Below are positions 1 to 13,900 of a stretch of 64,000 nt of DNA, piece after piece. The notes beneath the pieces are model-generated. The model saw nothing but the letters and a program-made list of their open reading frames with translations, was not told the DNA's origin and made no database searches. The DNA lies in NCBI GenBank assembly GCA_002633005.1, contig NMRA01000108.1:921065-985064 (forward strand). The letters run 5' to 3'. Origin of the DNA: Phoronis australis (taxonomy: Eukaryota; Animalia; Phoronida). The position numbers and the translations under genes are program-made. Positions within the stretch are counted from its first letter, which is position 1. Each line of letters opens with the position of its first letter.

Positions 1-1966
1 ATCAAGACTGCATAAAAATTAGCAAGCATAGACAGTGCAGATACATGGGAAAAAGCAATACAGTTGGTTGTAGGTTCAAAACAACCTGGATCCCAGCCCA
101 ACCAAAAGATGGAGTTACTGCAGCACGAACTCCCGTGTGGCTTGCGGCTTTAACATTTTGAGAAGCAATGGCTTGCAAACACTGATGGCAACTACAACTT
201 TAACCATTTGAATCCGTAAAATCAATGAGGACACTTTTCTAAAGCTTCGACACGACGACGCTTTTCTAAATCTTGGACAAGGTTCGAATATCTCTGAACT
301 TGAAACTCGACTTTGCTGAGTAATCTTACAAAATTATAGTTGAATCGTGCAGTGGGATTGGTTAAATTCTGAGTCAGAGTTGAGTTTGAGTTTGGAGATT
401 AGATCCTGAACGCTGTTCAACAGATAACATCAAGCAAAGAACGGAACCAAGAGCCAGATTTAGACCACACCTAGCGTACTGTAGTTTGCAGTAATCTGTT
501 GTAACATTTATAGCTTGATCGATTAAAACAAATGCCTCAAAAAAATGGCAATTATTATCCATAAAGCGTAGCTCACACCAACTTAGTTCCTGATATATTG
601 CAACAGGACAAGGATAGAACATGCAGGAATAACTTCCGAGGTTTTATCTTAGAAGAGGACAAAAGAATTTTTTGGGAAATCCGGCGTGCGCCTTGGGGAA
701 ATACCTACACACTTAGATCGTGCCTTCTTTACAGACTGAAAGAAAATCCAAACATTACATACAATAGGTACACCGACGGTACGTTTAATGAAATATCCTA
801 TACGACGTTTTGTACTGGTTTTATACCACGTGCGAAATTATACGGCATTGTTAATGAGTTTCAGTTTAATTTCTTTTGTCCTGGCAACATTTTACTGTTG
901 CCCGTCAAATTCACGTGATAAAAGGTGCAATCAAACTGTGGTGGTGATAGCGAATAGCGTTTGATTGTTAGATGTTATTTGAAGCAACAAAGGGAAGCAG
1001 ACAAACGCACTTACATCATCATAAAATTAGCATAAAATTTTACAGTACCTTTTGATGTATAGCTGTATCAGTTCAAGGATATATTGATTATTCAATTCGA
1101 GCAAAAAAGTAAAATTTTCCAAAAACATCAGTCGGTCCATTATTGATAGACATAAAAAGACTGTTCTTTCACAATGACGTTGTATTCCATTTGCACAGTC
1201 AGTAACCTTTTAACCACAAAATATATGTACCTCCTTCTAGATTGTCAATACAGTTTTACCTGCTATTACAAAAACAACTGTCATTCAGATATGGTGGAAA
1301 TTCTTCAGTTGGAGAGAAAACTAATGTCTAAAATTGACATTTTTGTTTCTATTTTTGAGAGGTTTGCAAGCATATTGTAGCTGCAGGTGCACAAAATTTA
1401 CCAAATGTTATTTTGTGACATCTACAGTATATTGTACAGACCATGTTACAAGCAAAGTAAAACTAACTGAGAAGTGATTCTTGTTCACAAATTAAAAAAA
1501 AAAACAAATTTCAAGTGTCCACTATATTGTGCCAAAAACTGAATATTTTTGAGGCAGTGAATTCCAATTTGTAATGGAATTAACCACCATCCGAAAAAAG
1601 TTTCTTTTTCAGCAAAAACTGTCAAAAATGTGTTCAACACTGAATGCTTTTATAGCTGTATCATGACAAATGTTTTAAAGACAGAGTGCTATTTTTTTAA
1701 ATATAGTAAAAGATCTTTTAATACGCAAAAACATTTAGACTTTGGTAGTGCCTCAGGCAGTAATTACTTACAGGGTTCCCAGATTATCAGAACCAATTTG
1801 ATGCTCATCATTCAGTGGAGAAAACGGGTTTTCAAAATGTGGAACCCCTTTAGTTTACTCTTACTGTGCCTCTTTAAGTGGCGTACACACCGTCAGTTGC
1901 CCCCAGAATGAGCTGTCATTCAGTTTAGCAGCAATGTGAACACTATGTGTGCTGGAACAGCTTGCT

Positions 1967-1982
1967 CTAGTACAACTCAAAC
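1967..1982 (-). CDS. Last coding exon ((R)FELY*)
   Basis: Acceptor gtgtgcag|g; phase 2 matches the previous exon; TAG stop at 1967-1969. Confidence 0.6.
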
Positions 1983-4900
1983 CTGCACACAAGGCTCAGT
2001 TACATCCATACATACAGGTGTCTAATCCTATAAGCATCATATTTGTCACACCTTGTAGGGTGAAGTGTGGATGCTCACCTGACCAGGAGCAAGTTGTCCC
2101 AGCGCATGATGTTCTAAGGCAACTCACAGTGTGGACATGAATTTAAACAAAGAAATCTCTCTTAACAACCGACCTGTGCTTGTTGAAGACATGTCTCCAG
2201 CTCTTGCAGATCGCTCTCCGTCACTTCGGGTACTTCCTCTTCGTCGGACATATCTAGCAGCCTGACATCACATCATAACTACAGCTGACTGAAACAAGAA
2301 ACGGTCACATGACTTGGTGTTGTGTTATAGTCCAACTACAAGTTTGACTGGAACAAGAAACGGTTACATGACTTGGAGTTGTGTCAGAGCCCAACTACAA
2401 GTTTGACTGAAACAAGAAACGGTCACATGACTTGGTGTTGTGTTATAGCCCAACTGCAAGTTTGGCTGAAACAAGAAACAAGTCACAGGAATGGCTACAA
2501 AAGCAAGACAAGAGCAATAAACACATGGCTTTTCTCCGGATACAGCAAACATTGTTAATTAGGAGCATTATAAAATAATAATTACGGACAGTCTGGCACA
2601 CGTTGTACAGGTGGGCCCATTGCACTGATCAGTGGTCACCTGGAACCATTTTTATGCTTTATTAGTAAATAGTTAGATTGTTATAAGTCTATTCCAGTTA
2701 CATCTGCAGGATGTGATATCTCGGCAACAACACTGAAAAATCTGCCACAACAAGAACTCTAGTCAAGCCCAAGTGAATCAGGTTCTGCAAATGAACACGT
2801 AACACTGACCAACAACTGGAAGTGGAACACCCATGGCAATAAACATGTACAGCAGACCATCAATGTGGTGCCAATAACTCCTTAAAGTCAGGGAATGTCT
2901 GATATTTATTAAAATTCTTATGATGAATTCTGTTACAAAGAACAGGTTTTCATTGCCATACGGCCAGATACAGAAATGAAAACAGGCAGCGATCATTTTC
3001 AGTATGCAGGACCATAACGTATCTACTTTTGTCCCACAAAACTAACACGCTACAATGTTCACATGGTGGTGAAACATATGGGTATCTAGACAGTTAATAG
3101 ATTGCTGCTGATGTGAACAGTTACAAGACATTTTAACTGGTTAAACAGACCACAGATTCAAACAAGGCCATCAACACAATATCTTATGTGGAATGAGGAT
3201 GCTTCACCATACATGAAGACCATCTTAAAAGTTCAAGAAGATTACAGGAAGACGAGACAGAAATAGAATATCATGTACTTGATATGTCCAGCTTGTAATG
3301 GCTATTGACAACTTGTCAAGTAGGACTGACGGAGCTTGAAGGATGTAATACTGTTTTTGAGATTTTCTTTTGCAATGACAACACCACCACATACAAACAA
3401 ACAGAACTGTAAGATTAAAATGCATTTGATAAGACCAGAAAATCACATTAAATTGCTCTAGGCTGTACCCCAACTCAATTTGAGACCTGTGCTCAACCAC
3501 TAAAGAAAAACATATGCCAGCACCAAATTCTGCCAGGGTTTTGTGTTGTCTTTGAAAAACAGGGCAAGGCACGTTAACCAATGTAAATAATGTTTGAAAC
3601 ACCATAACTTGCTAAACAATGAGTAAAAAAATATTCCACATCCTTTTTACTCATCTCAGACGGATTTTTTTTAAGGAAAAGTGAGCAACTCGATTTTCAA
3701 AAAACAGAGACCAGAACTAATATCGAGCTAATTTTAAGCTTAAAAAAGAAGAAATCCTCTAGATGATAACAAGAAAAGTTAGCGTGAAACTATTACACTC
3801 AATACGCTAAAATCTCATCATGTTTCTATAAAGGTAATTAATAATATTGCTCTTTCCTCATTATTTACGAGCTTCAAAACATCTGCGCTTATTGAGAAAC
3901 AATATCAATGTTTTTAGTGTGGGAGTAGATACATGTGGCTGTCCCTAATCAGTTGTAACAGTGCAACTCAACCTTGGTAAACGTTCTTTAATTTAGAACA
4001 AAAGTTACACCCAAGATTTAAACCTTTTTACCGAAGGTTTACAACATGAAAACATCAGCCCAAAATTTCACACCTCCACCACCTCCCGTGGTGTTTGATA
4101 ACATAACTTACAAACGAACCAAGTAATGAAGTACTGTTTTCGATTTTGGCAGAAATTTGACGCAAGTGATAACAATCCAGTTGTCTACCAGCTGCCCAAT
4201 GGAAGAACATTAACTGAATAATTGTAACAACAGGTGCAGTTTGTGACCCAAAAGACAACTTACATTTCCATGTCATGCGCAACTGTTTCCAACTTTCCAA
4301 CGGAACGAAGCTTCAGTTTTGACGCTGTAAATTTATTTCAAACCGATAACAAAATCAGCGTTGACATTTAAAGAGTGGACGGATTGATCAGCAGATGCAC
4401 GGTAATAATGCATTCACAAACTATATTCTCTAGTGTTTTGTAATTTCGCTTTAAACAAAGACATGGCAGCGATGTCGACAATACCAAGCACCCTCAAGTC
4501 AAACTGCTATAATAACAAGGGAAATCAAGACACTACTTCTGTCAGAAGATAATTAGTCTGGTTGTAGTGACAATTAATAGCATGACATTGGGGTCCATTA
4601 TGATCAAGTTATTGTCAGCTAGCCTTGTTCATGTCACTCTCAAAGGGTTTCAAATTTCAATAACAAATTCACATAATTATCGAATTAGCTCCAAGAACAA
4701 AGAAACTAAATGCTTTAAAAGAAAATCCTACTCAACCAAAAAATCCCTTTGTCCTGCAGAGAAGTTGAAGTCAATCCTAAAATCAGCGTGACAACTGGAA
4801 CAACCACCTCAACTGTAAAAACTAACTACAGTAAAATCTCCCCAATTTAGGACACAACATGGCCGACAAGTGAAATTTTATATCTTCATTTTTCAAATAA

Positions 4901-7900
4901 AAGTAGCACCAAATAAATGCTATATCATTCTAAATGTCTATGTCTTGGCTACCTTCAGAAATGTGTCCAGCAACTATGGACATTCAGAACGATATTTGAA
5001 GCGTTTTGAAAAATGAAAAAAGACCAATTTTAGCAATTACTTTTGTCCGATATTGGCGAGATTTTACCATATCGTTAGAAAGACTATCTTGGTAACTAAA
5101 GCACTGAATCGGAAGAAAAAAAATCAAATTCCACAACTTATGATACCTGAGGAAAAGGTATTTAAAGATGCACAAATCCAGTCAAGATAAGAACTAGAGT
5201 CTTCACTCTCCACAAAAGCCTGTCAGCTGGTCTTGGAACTAGTTTCCAGATAGTTGACAGATACACAACCTGACTGAAGTCTTTTAATTGCTATCATACC
5301 TCATTTACCACAAAACAAACACTGTGTCAGATGGGCAAGGACAACAAGCTGGCTGTATGGGTTACAGTACACCCAGAGAACTAATTGGTGGAATGGTGTG
5401 TAGAGCTGGTGCCATCAGGGGGTTGTTGACTGATAGTTTAAACACAGACCACACACATGGGTACTGTACCAGAAAGATGAAGCCAAGCATCTCCCAACAC
5501 AGGAACATGTGTAGCACTAAGCCAAGAGAGACCAAAGCAAGGTAGGTAAACAAACAGAACACCTTTGATATGAAACAATCCAAGCAAACATTCATCACTG
5601 TTTACAGTGCAGCCAATCTGGCTGGTGTAAAGGTTAGTCATTTCCAGAGTAAATTTGCACAGGCGAAGATTAAACGCTTATGTTTTTGGTTGTTCTGTGG
5701 GATACACAAGACATCAAAAAGCTTCTGATTGGTAATCTGAAGGACTAAGGATTGTAACAAGTACTCCATTGTTGTATGGCATGTACTAAACATTACTAAT
5801 TGGGGGATCTCAGGAATTCCTGGGTGGCCAACCACCCCTCAACACTTAAGAACCATCGGAAACAATAGCATGACACCACCACTTTTTGTACTAGACCACA
5901 CATCACTTTTTAAATCTGGGATTCACCTATGTTCAGAATTCAGAATCCATATGGGTGAAGAGAAAAGAACACTTTTGACAATTTAACCCAATTAAATAAT
6001 TGTGGAAGGAAATTTGCAAGAAATATACAAAGATGATTATTATTTTTAACACTGTAGGAGTTCCAGGTCATTACAATTTATACATTACTCACTGTGTCCA
6101 CTTCACACCTAACTCCACCAAATGCACTTGGTAAATCGACAAACAGACTCGAAATATTTCAATACAAGGTAGCAACAACTCGCATTTACACAGACCTATT
6201 AGATTTCTAGTACTATAAGGTGACAAAATGTTTGCAAAGTAATTCAGTGATGACAAGTAAACACAACAAATCTGTAATCAAGAGAACAAATTTCCACTTG
6301 GAAAACCAGCACATTAGGTCGCCATTTGTAATTCAAATTCTTGGGAAAATGATGAATGGCCACACATCAGAATGTCATGTCTGGAGATTATCACAGAATG
6401 AGGTCACAACAGACTGTTTAGCAAAATTAACCTGCATCAGAAAAGCCAGACAAAGTTTCTCCAATGTCACTACATTAGTAAACAAAACATCACCACTATA
6501 AACAAGCCGAGGAGTTAACTTCTCCAACATTACCAAGGACATGTGTGGAAAGGATACAAACTTCTTTAAATCTAAATTCAATTGCTGCCATCCAGCCCTA
6601 CTAAGATAACAATATATCAAATTAATTAGAATACTAGACATCTGTAAATGACACGATGCATCTTTAATAACCAACAATCAGTCAGTTATTACTTACAAGT
6701 AAACCTGACCAGTGTATGGAAAATATCACCAATTTCTGATAAAAATAATTACCTTTTTCACTTTCACAATATCTTCTAATATTTTTGAATGGTCAAAATT
6801 TTTAAAAATACGGTATTGTCTGGTCGTAGCTGAGAAGGAGGCAGTGTGGCCTAGTGGGATCAGTGTCTGCTTCCTTTACTGTGAGTTTGAGTCCCACTGA
6901 GGACACTGATGAACCCTTGAGTCACCAGACCAGGTCCCTAATTCCTGGCTTTAATTTTAACTAAATGTTAATAAAGCATGAAAATGGTTTCAAGTGATCA
7001 GTGTAATGGGCCCACATGCGCGGCCTGCGCATGTCTGGTACAACATGAACCAGACCGCCTGCAAGTATTTTTTTATGATTATAATATGGTATAGAATTTA
7101 AAGATGAAAAACCATTAATGTTATGAGACATATCTTTAAGGACAATATGAGAAAACGACAAATTTTACTGAATGGCAAATAATGTTCCATATAGGAATGC
7201 TGACCAAGTGTCATAGCTGGTAATAATTCTTCGGTAACTACATACATAACAAGAATTTCCAAAACTGCTATTTTTCAATTCCCAAACACTGTCTACAAAT
7301 AATTAAAAATCTTATTCAATGTTATTTTATTCAGGACAAGTCGTCCCATTAAAGTAAAATTTTAATAATTTATATTTTTTGAAAAAATAAACAAAATCCA
7401 ATTTCTCTGTTCAAGGCATTGCATGGCACATAAGCGCAGAATTACAATAAGCCACCTACCAATCTTGATGAAGAAAATATTCCAAAAGGTAGCTACCTGC
7501 TAAAAACTTTGTGATCAGATACTACAGAATTCAAGAATCAAAAAAAATATTTCAAATCTCATCAAAACACCATCACTGTTTGCTGTAATGTCAAGGCATC
7601 ACCAAACGAACTTTTATGGGGTGACCCTGTAAGCCTATAATCTGTTTGATAACTAAGCTCTAATTATTTAGCCACAAGATCTTATTGACTAGTTATCTTC
7701 TACTGAGGTTAAATACACAATGAAATAAGCCTGCATGAACAAAAAATGCTTCAGGGCTATTCCAAGGTTGAGGTAATCATTGATGAGTAAATATTTTGAA
7801 ACAGATAACAACAAGTGTTGTGCCCTGGTAAATAAATATGTCCAAACGGGCAAATTATCACATTATCACCTTATCAAGTTAAATGTATTTGAATAGCCAC

Positions 7901-10900
7901 CTCACCATGCTTAAATTCTTTTCGACAAAAGGTATGCCAGTGAGTTTCAACAAATTTTCAACAAAATGTATATAGGTACCTCAAGACAACCAAGAAAACA
8001 GTCAAATATCAAATCTAGTAAATGCTTTTGTCTACACCCTCCCATTTTTGTTGGAGTTGTTCTACCCTGTTAAGTATGGCTAGTGTCAGAAAGGCATAGT
8101 ACCCTATGTATGAAGACCCAAATACAGCACTAAAACTTACTATTTCCAACTTACAGACAAAATAGAACTGCAGTGATGGAGATTCACTCCAAGTTCCATC
8201 CTGAAAAGTTCAGTTCAAGTGGAAATAACTTACTCCTCCAACCAAAGTTAAAAATACCAATTTAGAAACTGTTTAATAACATGCAGTAATTTTTCACTTG
8301 AGAATAAATAAACAGCTAGGTCAGCATTGCATTTGGAGATTCAATTACTCAAACTTTACAAACACAGTAGCACATTCCTCCTTACTACTGTGCTACAAAC
8401 CACGATCACAGAAACGTGAAAAAGTGCCCTACCTGATCAAATAAGCCCTTAGAACACCGAGTAAACTATCCTCAATTAAAAGAAGTGAAACGGTTCCGCA
8501 TGTTTTCCATGATTCACACACGCTTCCGCTATGATTCCTACACTCGACACATCTGAACATTAACTCCCACTGATTCAAGAATGAAAGCGATACTTTTTGC
8601 ACAGGTCCATAATACATCCCAGCTCCATGACCTCAGCACAAGCTATGTGTACGACACCTACACCTGTCAGTCAGGCACAGCTTGTCAATTACCCAATCCT
8701 ACCATCCTCCCATCTGGCAACTGGGACAATCAGGAAGCTGCAGGCAGGCACTCAGTTGAACCTGAACATATAAACAGTAACAGCTGAGCTAGCACAACTC
8801 TGAAAACTGTGGTGGCATGGACGCCAGTGGCAAAGTGGACTAAAACACCAAGCAGCAGCCAGGGACATACAATGCGGTACAAGACTTCAAAACGACTTTC
8901 CACGCAAGAAACAAGACCGAAAATGTTCTCCCACATTTTAGAAGCGTGCAGGACTTCAAACCGAGATACTTAACACAACACAAGACTTAAAATGTTCTCC
9001 TCAGATTCCCAATGTATGCATACAGGACTTGAAAATGTACCTCTCGATGGTACAAAAATTGAAAATGTTTTTCCCTGGACTCTCGATGCCTTGGTCAGGA
9101 TGCCTGCCGATGATGCAACTTTTACTTTTATCCTCAATAAATAGTGTTTAGGCAGCATACAATGGTTCAAAATAAGAGACCCATCAGTGGCCCTTAGCAT
9201 ACCTAATGGTAGACGTACCTGTTTGACAGATAAAGCCAGAGAGGGGTAAACCTGGGGTCATGGCATGCACTTAATCAGACAGAAGTTACCGTACATCAAG
9301 ATGGGTCCTTGCACATGCCAATCACACTTGCTGTTTCTCACTTTCAGAAACCGGCACACTTACCGAAAGCCTGCCTTATCAGTGAACATCAAAATTCCAT
9401 GCTCAGGAAATTCTTAAAGAACAATTTATTTGATTAATTTGTAACATTATACCAACTTCCTTCAAGGCAGACGCAATTTTTAAATTTTTTGCCTGGAGCA
9501 GGCAATCAAGTCTTCAATACCAAAACAGTAAAGCCATGACATGCGAAATTATCAATCAGTACTTTCCGAACAGAAACTAATCATGTGATCCATATGCATC
9601 TCCTGAAAAGTGTAGGAGTCGTCCACGAAAGACCATGGAACCATGAAAATCAAGAAGAACGTGGATGCAAGAAAATTAAGAAGAAGCCAAAGTTCAGAAA
9701 AATTCAGTCAACTCATAAAATGTCAATAATATGCACTACAGCATGTTCTAATCATAATTGAAAGTTTAGTTGGAGTGCCCCAAAAAATTTGCCCTACAGT
9801 GGTTTACAGGATGAGATATATCTCTATGTTTTTTCTAACCAATTAGGTCCACTGTGTTTATTTCCTTTAAACAATCCATGTTCGCCAGCTAATAAGCAAT
9901 TTGTATGTAACTTTACAGATATCGATTTTCAGACACTTAAAACAGCAAAAACAATTCCTAAAATATTTACTCATATAATGTACTTGAAGAGCATAAAACG
10001 TTCACTCAGGGACAGTGCTGAGAAGGTGCTGCAATTTGCAGGTTTCTTCAAAATTAGAACACAATATGGCGGGAACAATAAAATTTCATATTATCAATTG
10101 AAAGTTTTCAACAAGAGAAATAAAAAACGATTTTACTTGATTAGTTGAAAATGCTATAATGTAATACAGTGATCATCAACAAACACGTGATGAACATTTG
10201 AACAATTCGGCACTACAGCGAGGATCTGAACAATGAAAAAACAACAATTTTGGCCATTACTTTCTGTTCAAATATGAAGAAACTTTACGGCAATCTATTG
10301 ATTTCACACCAACCAACTGCTGCAGGAATAGCCACTTGAAACAAATTGCTGTGTTGACTTATGAACATACTTGGGAATGATGGAGTGCTTGTTTGGACAG
10401 CAAACTCTTCAGGCTCTAGTGTTTTCTCCAATGTTGAGTAATTAACATATTAATTATCCTAAACATTCTAAGTAGCTTGAGGAGCAACAAGAGAGTAATG
10501 CTAATGTAACCGTGACAACCAAGACATGTCCATCCTTACCTGGCCTGCTTTCCACTGACTCACGAAACTCATGAAAATGCAAGATCACGTGAGACTTTTT
10601 GAGATATCGACATGCATAGCAAGCCTAGCACGTGATAACACTTTTTGTGCTTGTGAAATTCTTGCATTTACGCAAAACAGGCCAGGATTAAGTCTATAGA
10701 GCTCGCACCCTCAAGCTTCGATCACCACGCTAAAATACTGAGCTCCAACCCTCAAATTTTGATCCACCACCCTCAAATTTTGATCCACCACCCTCAAATT
10801 TTGATCCACCACCCTCAAATTTTGATCCACCACCCTCAAATTTTGACCATCATGCTCAAGCCTGAATGTTTCTCAATCATTCAGCCCAACCAACTTACCA

Positions 10901-13900
10901 CTGATACAATCCCTTCTGCGTGATAAAATCAAAGTGGCGATAAACCTGCCTATACCACCACAAAAAGTGAATTTAGACCACATACTGTTGTGACATTGGT
11001 CTCACACTGGTCATTAATCTAACTCCATGTGATTTCAGGAATTCGAAAGAAATAACAATATCGTTATTGCTCTGGACCAGGCTCTTCGCTGAGCATGGTC
11101 TTAAAGGAATAACGAGTTCTTTGAAAACCGGCGAATCACTTCGCACCAAGTAGTGAACAATTTGAGACCAATTTTTAGCAGCAACTGGTCAAAATCAAAA
11201 AGTAATCAATACTTGGACGGAGCACGGACTTATAGCAGCTTCAATATCAAAATCCATCAAAAATTATGAGCTTGAGATGCAAATATCCCGCATCCATGAA
11301 CTAAACCTAGAATACAGCAATAGAAAAAAGTTACCTCGTTACTTACTGAAGTATGAGCCAGACAATAAAATGACAATGACTCAGGTGACAAAGTGTTTGA
11401 ACCTCAAAGGTATCACCTTCACAAACTGATCTACAAGGAGGTGTACAGGTGAATTGATATTTTATACAACCACCAGACGCATCACACACGCGTATAGGTA
11501 ATCAATACGATGAAGTGAAAAGGTAGCGGTTCCTAAATATGAACAGACTATTACTCCGATCATAAATATTGATGTATATTATCCAAGTTCCGTAGACCGT
11601 AACATTAATAATCCATCAATACCGAAGTGCGGCTGTGCCTGAAATCATTAAATGGCCAACATTTCTTTTGTCCTACATGTTATGTCAGCTCTACGGTCAT
11701 TAATTAGATAACAGATGGCAAGTGAGAGCCATTTAACTTTTAATTGACAGATCCTTAGAAAAAAACCCTGACAGAATCTCTTTGTACTGTTGAAAGATCA
11801 GTCTAGTATTTGAGGGTCCTCTTGGAAAGCAGTGCTGTCACTGAAGAGGCCACCCACATTTTAAATATCAAAATAAATAAAATAAAATAAAAATGAAACA
11901 GAGCTTCACTTACAGACAAAAAAATTTGTGAAAACTTCAACACACACTAGATTGAAGAACAACTTTCTCAGTGGGTCTAGTTGTTTATAGTTTGCAAGCT
12001 GGATCTAGTTGTTAGTATTCTAGTAGTATTGAATTTTTAATTTTCTATTACCTAGTTGCTAGTTTTCTTATACGGTCTAGCTAATAGAATTCTAGTTGTG
12101 AGCCTAAATTAGTTTTCTAGTTTGGATTTAGAAGTTACTATTTTATTTGGATCTAGTTAATAGTTTTCTAGTTATGTCTAGTTATGTTTAGTTATGTCTT
12201 GTTACTAAATTTCTGGATGAGTGGGGTCCAGTTATTAGTTTTCAAGTCACGTTAAGTTCATTTAAGTTCTCCAGGTGAGTCCAATTGCTAGTTTTCTCAT
12301 TCCTCAATCCCACTGCTAGAGCCAATACACAGCAACAGACATAAGTGCCGTTTACACTTAAAAGTTGACATGGATCAGCTGACAGGGAACAAGTTGTTCC
12401 AGTGAGTAAACGGACTGACACCGTGGTGACAAATTTTTGCCACCCGTTTTTGAGGTAGAGTAATTTGCGCCCGAACATCTTGAGCCGTGTCAATTATAAG
12501 TCTAAACGCGAAACTAGAGCAAGGCAGAAAGGATCATCTCTACTGCGCTTATGCAATGACCTACCTACGGGTTCTTTGTCTCTGCAACTCTCGTCATTTG
12601 TAAAGGCCAATGGTTCTCTTTCAAATAAGGCCAAAAAAGTACATTTGTTTCTGGTCTCTTCCTCCCACTCATTTTGAAAGCTGCGCTGACAGACTAAAAA
12701 AATGCCCATCCACACCAATTTCAAGGTCAGTGTTTTTTGAAAACCTGCTCATAGGTACGTAAGCAAGTTTACAGCCAGTTTGCATCCGAGTGGCCATTTT
12801 CCATGATTTTATCAACTGCCAAATTTATTTCACACTCTGTTGACACAAAACCCAGTGTTCGATACGATGAATGCCAAAATCGTAAATGACTCAATCTTCA
12901 AAATCAAGGCTATTCAATATCAGCTTCCATTTTGATGTCCAAAACTTTAAACTGTCCCAAACTGGAGAATTTTTATTGCATCTCAGTAAGACACCGCTTC
13001 CATGCAAGGAACTTCTGCACCAGTGTCAGTGTACACAACAGACATCCAGTACAGGGAACCTGTGAGATATCAGGTCAGATAATAGTTTCTCATTACATAA
13101 GTTTCTACAATACAGGCCTACTAAACCTTTTTAACCCAAACAGCAGCCTGAGGACACAGCTTGCTGACATGTACCACTAAATGAACCTGCAAGAAATGTT
13201 TGCCTTTCTACAGTTAGGAATTTTAATAGAGACAGCATTTCTAGACTGTCTAGTACACATTGCTGATATTTTAGCCCAAGAATTTAAACAAGCTTGGCAG
13301 GAAAAACCTGTCAATCAAAACCACCTAGGCTGTACACCAACGGCCATTGCACATACACAGTTTAACAGCATCGGAACAAATCATCTCGGGATTTTCTAAA
13401 ATATCCCCTGTAACTAATACGCTCATGTGTAGCATGGACCAAACCTATCTAACACCTCTCCCAACTAGTCAACTAACCTGTGCCCATGCAACAAAAATAT
13501 TTGAAATAATCTCTAAATCATACTAGAGCCTAGATAAATGTGTGTACAAACAGTGGGGTTTAATGACTCGCTAATCCCACTCACTATGATAAGGAATCAA
13601 AAAAGCGTTTCCAAACACTCCACAGGAAGACTGAATTCCTGCTGAGACACGGCAGGTGTCCAAGAAAATACATGGTGCAAAAACCAAAATGGGCATCAAA
13701 TTATGACAACAGGTCTGGCAATAGACTGACATAAATGTAATGGGGGAATATATATGAGGAAAACCTAACACCGGTACCACTGCCCCGTTATAGCAATGAA
13801 AAAGTGAAGACACAGGGGCTTGGTACCCTGGATCTCCCTCTAGATGCCTGCTAAGTTGACAGACAATAGTTGGATAACGTGCCCACATTTTGAGAACCAG

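Noticed and set aside
598-918. 106-aa plus-strand ORF and nearby open stretches
   Set aside because: Non-ATG start, no recognisable motif and no splice support.
2277-2490. Repeat array as CRISPR (also 10749 and 42686)
   Set aside because: Head-to-tail units without unique spacers, no cas genes, eukaryotic intron context.
8433-9412. Candidate exons CVECRNHSG... (8433-8552) and FPEHGILMFTDKAGFR (~9364-9412)
   Set aside because: Both end in phase 2, whereas the next firm exon (4324) needs phase 1; 10540 joins 4324 directly.
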